Positions 46,301 through 58,300 of a stretch of DNA of 64,000 nt are shown here, in pieces (the first letter of the stretch is position 1; every line of letters begins with the position of its first letter). Under the pieces are notes generated by a model. That model searched no databases. It saw nothing but the letters and a program-made list of their open reading frames with translations, and was not told where the DNA came from. Made by a program: the position numbers and the translations under genes. Source of the DNA: the human T2T-CHM13v2.0 reference genome, Homo sapiens; the NCBI RefSeq assembly GCF_009914755.1, contig NC_060926.1; one strand, given 5' to 3'.

Positions 46301-49300
46301 ATCTGGATGTGGACATTTGGAGCGCTTTCAGGCCTACGGTGAAAAAGGAAATATCTTCCCCTGAAAACTAGACAGAAGCATTCTCAGAAACTTATTTGTG
46401 ATGTGCGCCCTCAACTAACAGTGTTGAAGCTTTCTTTTGATAGAGCAGTTTTGAAACACTCTTTTTGTGGAATCTGCAAGTGGATATTTGTCTAGCTTTG
46501 AGGATTTCGTTGGAAACGGGATTACATATAAAAAGCAGACAGCAGCATTCCCAGAATCTTCTTTGTGATGTTTGCATTCAAGTCCCAGAGTTGAACATTC
46601 CCTTTCATAGAGCAGGTTTGAAACACTCTTTTTATAGTATCTGGATGTGGACATTTGGAGCGCTTTCAGGCCTATGGTGAAAAAGGAAATATCTTCTCCT
46701 GAAAACTAGACAGAAGCATTCTCAGAATCTTATTTGTGATGTGCGCCCACAGCTAACAGTGTTGAAGCTTTCTTTTGATAGAGCAGTTTTGAAACAGTCT
46801 TTTTGTAAAATCTGCAAGAGGATATTTGGATAGCTTTGAGGATTTCATTGGAAACGGGATTCTCTTCATATAAACTCTAGACAGAAGCATTCTCAGAAGC
46901 TTCATTGGGATGTTTCAATTGAAGTCACAGTGTTGAACAGTCCCTTTCATAGAGCAGTTTTGAAACACTCTTTTTGTAGTATCTGGAAGTGGACATTTGG
47001 AGTGCTCTCAGGACTACGGTGAAAAAGGAAATATCTTCCAATAAAAGCTACATAGAAGCAATGTCAGAAACTTTTTCATGATGTATCTACTCAGCTAACA
47101 GAGTTGAAACTTTATTTTGAGAGAGCAGTTTTGAAACACTATTTTTGTGGAATCTGCAAGTGGATATTTGTCTAGCTTTGAGGATTTCGTTGGAAACGGG
47201 ATTACATATAAAAAGCAGACAGCAGCATTCCCAGTAACTTCTTTGTGATGTTTGCATTCAAGTCACAGAGTTGAACATTCCCTCTCATAGAGCAGGTTTG
47301 AAACACTCTTTTTGTAGTATCTGGATGTGGACATTTGGAGCGCTTTCAGGCCTATGGTGAAAAAGGAAATATCTTCCCCTGAAAACTAGACAGAAGCATT
47401 CTCAGAATCTTATTTGTGATGTGCGCCCTCAACTAACAGTGTTGAAGCTTTCTTTTGATAGAGCAGTTTTGAAACACTCTTTTTGTAAAATCTGCAAGAG
47501 GATATTTGGATAGCTTTGAGGATTTCGTTGGAAACGGGATTGTCTTCATATAAACTCTAGGCAGAAGCATTCACAGAAGCCTCATTGGGATGTTTCAATT
47601 GAAGTCACAGTGTTGAACAGTCCCTTTCATAGAGCAGGTTTGAAACACTCTTTTTGTAGTATCTGGATGTGGACATTTGGAGCGCTTTCAGGCCTATGGT
47701 GAAAAAGGAAATATCTTCCTCTGAAAACTAGACAGAAGCATTCTCAGAAACTTATTTGTGATGTGCGCCCTCAACTAACAGTGTTGAAGCTTTCTTTTCA
47801 TAGAGCAGTTTTGAAAAACTCTTTTTGTGGAATCTGCAAGTGGATATTTGTCTAGCTTTGAGGATTTCGTTGGAAACGTGATTACATATAAAAAGCAGAC
47901 AGCAGCATTCCCAGAAACTTCTTTGTGTTGTTTGCATTCAAGTCACAGAGTTGAACATTCCCTTTCATAGAGCAGGTTTGAAACATTCTTTTTGTAGTAT
48001 CTGAATGTGGACATTTGGAGCGCTTTCAGGCCTATGGTGTAAAAGGAAATATCTTCCCCTGAAAACTAGACAGAAGCATTCTCAGAATCTTATTTGTGAT
48101 GTGCGCCCTCAACTAACAGTGTTGAAGCTTTCTTTTGATAGAGCAGTTTTGAAACACTCTTTTTCTAAAATCTGCAAGAGGATATTTGGATAGCTTTGAG
48201 GATTTCGTTGGAAACGGGATGGTCTTCATATAACCTCTAGACAGAAGCATTCTCAGAAGCTTCATTGGGATGTTTCAATTGAAGTCACAGTGTTGAACAG
48301 TCCCTTTCATAGAGCAGGTTTGAAACACTCTTTTTGTAGTATCTGGAAGTGGACATTTGGAGCGCTTTCAGGCCTATGGTGAAAAAGGAAATATCTTCCT
48401 CTGAAATCTAGACAGAAGCATTCTCAGAAACTTATTTGTGATGTGCGCCCTCAACTAACAGTGTTGAAGCTTTCTTTTGATAGAGCAGTTTTGAAACACT
48501 CTTTTTCTAAAATCTGCAAGAGAATATTTGGATAGCTTTGAGGATTTCGTTGGAAACGGGATTGTCTTCATATAAACTCTAGACCGAAGCATTCTGAGAA
48601 GCTTCATTGGGATGTTTCAATTGAAGTCACAGTGTTGAACAGTCCCTTTCATAGAGCAGGTTTGAAACACTCTTTTTGTAGTATCTGGAAGTGGACATTT
48701 GGAGAGATCTCAGGACTACGGTGAAAAAGGAAATATCTTCCAATAAAAGCTAGATAGAAGCAATGTCAGAAACTTTTTCATGATGTGTCTACTCAGCTAA
48801 CAGAGTTGAACCTTTCTTTTGAGAGAGCAGTTTTGAAACACTCTTTTTGTGGAATCTGCATGTGGATATTTGTCTAGCTTTGAGGATTTCGTTGGAAACG
48901 GGATTACATATAAAAAGCAGACAGCAGCATTCCCAGAATCTTCTTTGTGATGTTTGCATTCAAGTCACAGAGTTGAACATTCCTTTTCATAGAGCAGGTT
49001 TGAAACACTCTTTTTGTAGTATCTGGATGTGGACATTTGGAGCGCTTTCAGGCCTATGGTGAAAAAGGAAATATCTTCCCCTGAAAACTAGACAGAAGCA
49101 TTCTCAGAATCTTATTTGTGATGTGCGCCCTCAACTAACAGTGTTGAAGCTTTCTTTTGATAGAGCAGTTTTGAAACACTCTTTTTGTAAAATCTGCAAG
49201 AGGATATTTGGATAGCTTTGAGGATTTCGTTGGAAACGGGATTGTCTTCATATAAACTCTAGACAGAAACATTCTCAGAAGCTTCATTGGGATGTTTCAA

Positions 49301-52300
49301 TTGAAGTCACAGTGTTGAACAGTCCCTTTCATAGAGCAGGTTTGAAACACTCTTTTTGTAGTATCTGGAAGTGGACATTTGGAGAGATCTCAGGACTACG
49401 GTGAAAAAGGAAATATCTTCCAATAAAAGCTAGATAGAAGCAATGTCAGAAACTTTTTCATGATGTATCTACTCAGCTAACAGAGTTGAACATTTCTTTT
49501 GAGAGAGCAGTTTTGAAACACTCCTTTTGTGGAATCTGCAAGTGGATATTTGTCTAGCTTTGAGGATTTCGTTGGAAACGGGATTCCATATAAAAAGCAG
49601 ACAGCAGCATTCCCAGAAACTTCTTTGTGATGTTTGCATTCAAGTCACAGAGTTGAACATTCCCTTTCATAGAGCAGGTTTGAAACACTCTTTTTGTAGT
49701 ATCTGTATGGGGACATTTGGAGCGCTTTCAGGCCTATGGTGAAAAAGGAAATATCTTCCCCTGAAAACTAGACAGAAGCATTCTCAGAAACTTATTTGTG
49801 ATGTGCGCCCTCAACTAACAGTGTTGAAGCTTTCTTTTGATAGAGCAGTTTTGAAACACTCTTTTTGTAAAATATGCAAGAGGATATTAAGATAGCTTTG
49901 AGGATTTCGTTGGAAACGGGATTGTCTTCATATAAACTCTAGACAGAAGCATTCTCAGAAGCTTCATTGGGATGTTTCAATTGAAGTCACAGTGTTGAAC
50001 AGTTCCTTTCATAGAGCAAGTTTGAAACACTCTTTTTGTAGTATCTGGAAGTGGACATTTGGAGCGCTCTCCGGACTACAGTGAAAAAGGAAATATCTTC
50101 CAATAAAAGCTACATAGAAGCAATGTCAGAAACTTTTTCATGTTGTATCTACTCAGCTAACAGAGTTGAACCTTTCCTTTGAGGGAGCAGTTTTGAAACA
50201 CTCTTTTTGTGGAATCTGCAAGTGGATATTTGTCTAGCTTTGAGGATTTCGTTGGAAACGGGATTACATATAAAAAGCAGACAGCAGCATTCCCAGTAAC
50301 TTCTTTGTGATGTTTGCATTCAAGTCACAGAGTTGAACATTCCCTTTCATAGAGCAGGTTTGAAACACTCTTTTTGTAGTATCTGGATGTGGACATTTGG
50401 AGCGCTTTCAGGCCTATGGTGAAAAAGGAAATATCTTCCCCTGAAAACTAGACAGAAGCATTCTCAGAAACTTATTTGTGATGTGCGCCCTCAACTAACA
50501 GTGTTGAAGCTTTCTTTTGATAGAGCAGTTTGGAAACACTCTTTTTGTGGAATCTGCAAGTGGATATTTGTCTAGGTTTGAGGATATCGTTGGAAACGGG
50601 ATTACATATAAAAAGCAGACAGCAGCATTCCCAGAATCTTGTTTGTGATTTTTGCATTCAAGTCACAGACTTGAACATTCCCTTTCAGAGAGCCGGTTTG
50701 AAACACTCTTTTTATAGAATCTGGATGTGGACATTTGGAGCGCTTTCAGGCCTATGGTGAAAAAGGAAATATCTTCCCCTGAAAACTAGACAGAAGCATT
50801 CTCAGAATCTTATTTGTGATGTGCGCCCTCAACTAACAGTGTTGAAGTTTTCTTTTGATAGAGCAGTTTTGAAACACTCTTTTTGTAAAATCTGCAAGAG
50901 GATATTTGGATAGCTTTGAGGATTTCCTTGGAAACGGGATTGTCTTCATATAAACTCTAGACAGAAGCATTCTCAGAAGCTTCATTGGGATGTTTCAATT
51001 GAAGTCACAGTGTTGAACAGTCCCTTTCATAGAGCAGGTTTGAAACACTCTTTTTGTAGTATCTGGAAGTGGACATTTGGAGAGATCTCAGTACTACGGT
51101 GAAAAAGGAAATATCTTCCAATAAAAGCTAGATAGAAGCAATGTCAGAAACTTTTTCATGATGTATCTACTCAGCTAACAGAGTTGAACCTTTCTTTTGA
51201 GAGAGCAGTTTTGAAACACTCTTTTTGTGGAATCTGCAAGTGGATATTTGTCTAGCTTTGAGGATTTCCTTGGAAACGGGATTACATATAAAAAGCAGAC
51301 AGCAGCATTCCCAGTAACTTCTTTGTGATGTTTGCATTCAAGTCACAGAATTGAACATTCCCTTTCATAGAGCAGGTTTGAAACACACTTTTTGTAGTAT
51401 CTGGATGTGGACATTTGGAGCACTTTCAGGCCTATGGTGAAAAAGGAAATATCTTCCCCTGAAAACTAGACAGAAGCCTTCTCAGAATCTTATTTGTGAT
51501 GTGCGCCCTCAACTAACAGTGTTGAAGCTTTCTTTTGATAGAGCAGTTTTCAAACACTGTTTTTGTGGAATCTGCAAGTGGATATTTGTCTAGCTTTGAG
51601 GATTTCGTTGGAAACGGGATTACATATAAAAAGCAGACAGCAGCATTCCCAGAATCTTCTTTGTGATGTTTGCATTCAAGTCACAGAGTTGAACATTCCC
51701 TTTCATAGAGCAGGTTTGAAACACTCTTTTTGTAGTATCTGGATGTGGACATTTGGAGCGCTTTCAGGCCTATGGTGAAAAAGGAAATATCTTCCCCCGA
51801 AAACTAGACAGAAGCATTCTCAGAATCTTATTTGTGATGTGCGCCCTCAACTAACAGTGTTGAAGCTTTCTTTTGATAGAGCAGTTTTGAAACACTCTTT
51901 TTGTAAAATCTGCAAGAGGATATTTGGATAGCTTTGAGGATTTCGTTGGAAACGGGATTGTCTTCATATAACCTCTAGACGAAGCATTCTCAGAAGCCTC
52001 ATTGGGATGTTTCAATTGAAGTCACAGTGTTGAACAGTCCCTTTCATAGAGCAGGTTTGAAACACTCTTTTTGTAGTATCTGGATGTGGACATTTGGAGC
52101 GCTTTCAGGCCTATGGTGAAAAAGGAAATATCTTCCTCTGAAAACTAGACAGAAGCATTCTCAGAAACTTATTTGTGATGTGCGCCCTCAACTAACAGTG
52201 TTGAAGCTTTCTTTTGATAGAGCAGTTTTGAAACACTCTTTTTGTGGAATCTGCAAGTGGATATTTGTCTAGCTTTGAGGATTTCGTTGGAAACGGGATT

Positions 52301-55300
52301 ACATATAAAAAGCAGACAGCAGCATTCCCAGAAACTTCTTTGTGATGTTTGCATTCAAGTCACAGAGTTGAACATTCCCTTTCATAGAGCAGGTTTGAAA
52401 CACTCTTTTTGTAGTATCTGGATGTGGACATTTGGAGCGCTTTCAGGCCTATGGTGAAAAAGGAAATATCTTCCCCTGAAAACTAGACAGAAGCATTCTC
52501 AGAATCTTATTTGTGATGTGCGCCCTCAACTAACAGTGCTGAAGCTTTCTTTTGATAGAGCAGTTTTGAAACACTCTTTTTGTAAAATCTGCAAGAGGAT
52601 ATTTGGATAGCTTTGAGGATTTCGTTGGAAACGGGATTGTCTTCATATAAACTCTAGACAGAAGCATTCTCAGAAGCTTCATTGGGATGTTTCAATTGAA
52701 GTCACAGTGTTGAACAGTCCCTTTCATAGAGCAGGTTTGAAACACTCTTTTTGTAGTATCTGGAAGTGGACATTTGGAGAGATCTCAGGACTACGGTGAA
52801 AAAGGAAATATCTTCCAATAAAAGCTAGATAGAAGAAAAGTCAGAAACTTTTTCATGATGTATCTACTCAGCTAACAGAGTTGAACCTTTCTTTTGAGAG
52901 AGCAGTTTTGAAACACTGTTTTTGTGGAATCTGCAAGTGGATATTTGTCTAGTTTTGAGGATTTCGTTGGAAACGGGATTACATATAAAAAGCAGACAGC
53001 AGCATTCCCAGAAACTTCTTTGTGATGTTGCATTCAAGTCACAGAGTTGAACATTCCCTTTCATAGAGCAGGTTGGAAACACTCTTTTTGTAGTATCTGG
53101 ATGTGGACATTTGGAGCGCTTTCAGGCCTATGGTGAAAAAGGAAATATCTTCCCCTGAAAACTAGACAGAAGCATTCTCAGAAACTTATTTGTGATGTGC
53201 GCCCTGAACTAACAGTGTTGAAGCTTTCTTTTGATTGAGCAGTTTTGAAACACTCTTTTTGTAAAATCTACAAGAGGATATTTGGATAGCTTTGAGGATT
53301 TCGCTGGAAACGGGATTGTCTTCATATAAACTCTAGACAGAAGCATTCTCAGAAGCTTCATTGGGATGTTTCAATTGAAGTCACAGTGTTGAACAGTCCC
53401 TTTCATAGAGCAGGTTTGAAACACTCTTTTTGTAGTATCTGGAAGTGGACATTTGGAGAGATCTCAGGACTATGGTGAAAAAGGAAATATCTTCCAATAA
53501 AAGCTAGATAGAAGAAATGTCAGAAACTTTTTCATGATGTATCTACTCAGCTAACAGATTTGAACCTTTCTTTTGAGAGAGCAGTTTTGAAACACTCTTT
53601 TTGTGGAATCTGCAAGTGGATATTTGTCTAGCTTTGAGGATTTCGTTGGAAACGGGATTACATATAAAAAGCAGACAGCAGCATTCCCAGAAACTTCTTT
53701 GTGATGTTACATTCAACTCACAGAGTTGAACATTCCCTTTCATAGAGCAGGTTTGAAACACTCTTTTTGTAGTATCTGGATGTGGACATTTGGAGCGCTT
53801 TCAGGCCTATGGTGAAAAAGGAAATATCCTCCCCTGAAAACTAGACAGAAGCATTCTCAGAATCTTATTTGTGATGTGCGCCCTCAACTAACAGTGTTGA
53901 AGCTTTCTTTTGATAGAGCAGTTTTGAAACACTCTTTTTGTAAAATCTGCAAGAGGATATTTGGATAGCTTTGAGGATTTCGTTGGAAACGGGATTGTCT
54001 TCATATAAACTCTAGACAGAAGCATTCTCAGAAGCTTCATTGGGATGTTTCAATTGAAGTCACAGTGTTGAACAGTCCCTTTCATAGAGCAGGTTTGAAA
54101 CACTCTTTTTGTAGTACCTGGAAATGGACATTTGGAGCGCTCTCAGGACTACGGTGAAAAAGGAAATATCTTCCAATAAAAGCTACATAGAAGCAATGTC
54201 AGAAACTTTTTCATGATGTATCTACTCAGCTAACAGAGTTGAACCTTTCTTTTGAGAGAGCAGTTTTGAAACACTCTTTTTGTGGAATCTGCAAGTGGAT
54301 ATTTGTCTAGCTTTGAGGATTTCGTTGGAAACGGGATTACATATAAAAAGCAGACAGCAGCATTCCCAGTATCTTGTTTGTGATGTTTCCATTCAAGTCA
54401 CAGAGTTGAACATTCCCTTTCATAGAGCAGGTTTGAAACACTCTTTTTGTAGTATCTGGATGTGGACATTTGGAGCGCTTTCAGGCCTATGGTGAAAAAG
54501 GAAATATCTTCCCCTGAAAACTAGACAGAAGGATTCTCAGAAACTTATTTGTGATGTGCGCCCTCAACTAACAGTGTTGAAGCTTTCTTTTGATAGAGCA
54601 GTTTTGAAACACTCTTTTTGTAAAATCTGCAAGAGGATATTTGGATAGCTTTGAGGATTTCGTTGGAAACGGGATTGTCTTCATATAAACTCTAGACAGA
54701 AGCATTCTCAGAAGCTTCATTGGGATGTTTCAATTGAAGTCACAGTGTTGAACAGTCCCTTTCATAGAGCAGGTTTGAAACACTCTTTTTGTAGTATCTG
54801 GATGTGGACATTTGGAGCGCTTTCAGGCCTATGGTGAAAAAGGAAATATCTTCCCCTGAAAACTAGACAGAAGCATTCTCAGAAACTTATTTGTGATGTG
54901 CGCCCTCAACTAACAGTGTTGAAGCTTTCTTTTGATAGAGCAGTTTTGAAACACTCTTTTTGTGGAATCTGCAAGTGGATATTTGTCTAGCTTTAAGGAT
55001 TTCGTTGGAAACGGGATTACATATAAAAAGCAGACAGCAGCATTCCCAGAATCTTCTTTGTGATGTTTGCATTCAAGTCCCAGAGTTGAACATTCCGTTT
55101 CATAGAGCAGGTTTGAAACACTCTTTTTATAGTATCTGGATGTGGACATTTGGAGCGCTTTCAGGCCTATGGTGAAAAAGGAAATATCTTCTCCTGAAAA
55201 CAAGACAGAAGCATTCTCAGAATCTTATTTGTGATGTGCGCCCTCAGCTAACAGTGTTGAAGCTTTCTTTTGATAGAGCAGTTTTGAAACAATCTTTTTG

Positions 55301-58300
55301 TAAAATCTGCAAGAGGATATTTGGATAGCTTTGAGGATTTCATTGGAAACGGGATTTTCTTCATATAAACTCAAGACAGAAGCATTCTCAGAAGCTTCAT
55401 TGGGATGTTTCAATTGAAGTCACAGTGTTGAACAGTCCCTTTCATAGAGCAGGTTTGAAACACTCTTTTTGTAGTATCTGGAAGTGGACATTTGGAGCGC
55501 TCTGAGGACTACGCTGAAAAAGGAAATATCTTCCAATAAAAGCTACATAGAAGCAATGTCAGAAACTTTTTCATGATGTATCTACTCAGCTAACAGAGTT
55601 GAAACTTTCTTTTGAGAGAGCAGTTTTGAAACACTCTTTTTGTGGAATCTGGAAGTGGATATTTGTCTAGCTTTGAGGATTTCGTTGGAAACGGGATTAC
55701 ATATAAAAAGCAGACAGCAGCATTCCCAGTAACTTCTTTGTGATGTTTGCATTCAAGTCACAGAGTTGAACATTCCCTTTCATAGAGCAGGTTTGAAACA
55801 CTCTTTTTGTAGTATCTGGATGTGGACATTTGGAGCGCTTTCAGGCCTATGGTGAAAAAGGAAATATCTTCCCCTGAAAACTAGACAGAAGCATTCTCAG
55901 AATCTTATTTGTGATGTGCGCCCTCAACTAACAGTGTTGAAGCTTTCTTTTGATAGAGCAGTTTTGAAACACTCTTTTTGTAAAATCTGCAAGAGGATAT
56001 TTGGATAGCTTTGAGGATTTCGTTGGAAACGGGATTGTCTTCATATAAACTCTAGACGAAGCATTCTCAGAAGCCTCATTGGGATGTTTCAATTGAAGTC
56101 ACAGTGTTGAACAGTCCCTTTCATAGAGCAGGTTTGAAACACTCTTTTTGTAGTATCTGGATGTGGACATTTGGAGCGCTTTCAGGCCTATGGTGAAAAA
56201 GGAAATATCTTCCTCTGAAAACTAGACAGAAGCATTCTCAGAAACTTATTTGTGATGTGCGCCCTCAACTAACAGTGTTGAAGCTTTCTTTTGATAGAGC
56301 AGTTTTGAAACACTCTTTTTGTGGAATCTGCAAGTGGATATTTGTCTAGCTTTGAGGATATCGTTGGAAACGGGATTACATATAAAAAGCAGACAGCAGC
56401 ATTCCCAGAAACTTCTTTGTGATGTTTGCATTCAAGTCACAGAGTTGAACATTCCCTTTCATAGAGCAGGTTTGAAACACTCTTTTTGTAGTATCTGGAT
56501 GTGGACATTTGGAGCGCTTTCAGGCCTATGGTGAAAAAGGAAATATCTTCCCCTGAAAACTAGACAGAAGCATTCTCAGAATCTTATTTGTGATGTGCGC
56601 CCTCAACTAACAGTGCTGAAGCTTTCTTTTGATAGAGCAGTTTTGAAACACTCTTTTTGTAAAATCTGCAAGAGGATATTTGGATAGCTTTGAGGATTTC
56701 GTTGGAAACGGGATTGTCTTCATATAAACTCTAGACAGAAGCATTCTCAGAAGCTTCATTGGGATGTTTCAATTGAAGTCACAGTGTTGAACAGTCCCTT
56801 TCATAGAGCAGGTTTGAAACACTCTTTTTGTAGTATCTGGAAGTGGACATTTGGAGAGATCTCAGGACTACGGTGAAAAAGGAAATATCTTCCAATAAAA
56901 GCTAGATAGAAGAAAAGTCAGAAACTTTTTCATGATGTATCTACTCAGCTAACAGAGTTGAACCTTTCTTTTGAGAGAGCAGTTTTGAAACACTGTTTTT
57001 GTGGAATCTGCAAGTGGATATTTGTCTAGCTTTGAGGATTTCGTTGGAAACGGGATTACATATAAAAAGCAGACAGCAGCATTCCCAGAAACTTCTTTGT
57101 GATGTTTGCATTCAAGTCACAGAGTTGAACATTCCCTTTCATAGAGCAGGTTTGAAACACTCTTTTTGTAGTATCTGGATGTGGACATTTGGAGCGCTTT
57201 CAGGCCTATGGTGAAAAAGGAAATATCTTCCCCTGAAAACTAGACAGAAGCATTCTCAGAATCTTATTTGTGATGTCCGCCCTCAACTAACAGTGTTGAA
57301 GCTTTCTTTTGATAGAGCAGTTTTGAAACACTCTTTTTGTAAAATCTGCAAGAGGATATTTGGATAGCTTTGAGGATTTCGTTGGAAACGGGATTGTCTT
57401 CATATAAACTCTAGACAGAAGCATTCTCAGAAGCTTCATTGGGATGTTTCAATTGAAGTCACATTGTTGAACAGTCCCTTTCATAGAGCAGGTTTGAAAC
57501 ACTCTTTTTGTAGCACCTGGAAATGGACATTTTGAGCGCTCTCAGGACTACGGTGAAAAAGGAAATATCTTCCAATAAAAGCTACATAGAAGCAATGTCA
57601 GAAACTTTTTCATGATGTATCTACTCAGCTAACAGAGTTGAACCTTTCTTTTGAGAGAGCAGTTTTGAAATACTCTTTTTGTGGAATCTGCAAGTGGATA
57701 TTTGTCTACCTTTGAGGATTTCGTTGGAAACGGGATTACATATAAAAAGCAGACAGCAGCATTCCCAGAAACTTCTTTGTGATGTTACATTCAACTCACA
57801 GAGTTGAATATTCCCTTTCATAGAGCAGGTTTGAAACACTCTTTTTGTAGTATCTGGATGTGGACATTTGGAGCGCTTTCAGGCCTATGGTGAAAAAGGA
57901 AATATCTTCCCCTGAAAACTAGACAGAAGCATTCTCAGAATCTTATTTGTGATGTGCGCCCTCAACTAACAGTGTTGAAGCTTTCTTTTGATAGACCAGT
58001 TTTGAAACACTCTTTTTGTGGAATCTGCAAGTGGATATTTGTCTAGCTTTGAGGATTTCGTTGGAAACGGGATTACATATAAAAAGCAGACAGCAGCATT
58101 CCCAGAATCTTCTTTGTGATGTTTGCATTCAACTCCCAGAGTTGGACATTCCCTTTCATAGAGCAGGTTTGAAACACTCTTTTTGTAGTATCTGGATGTG
58201 GACATTTGGAGCGCTTTCAGGCCTATGGTGAAAAAGGAAATATCTTCTCCTGAAAACTAGGCAGAAGCATTCTCAGAATCTTATTTGTGATGTGCGCACT

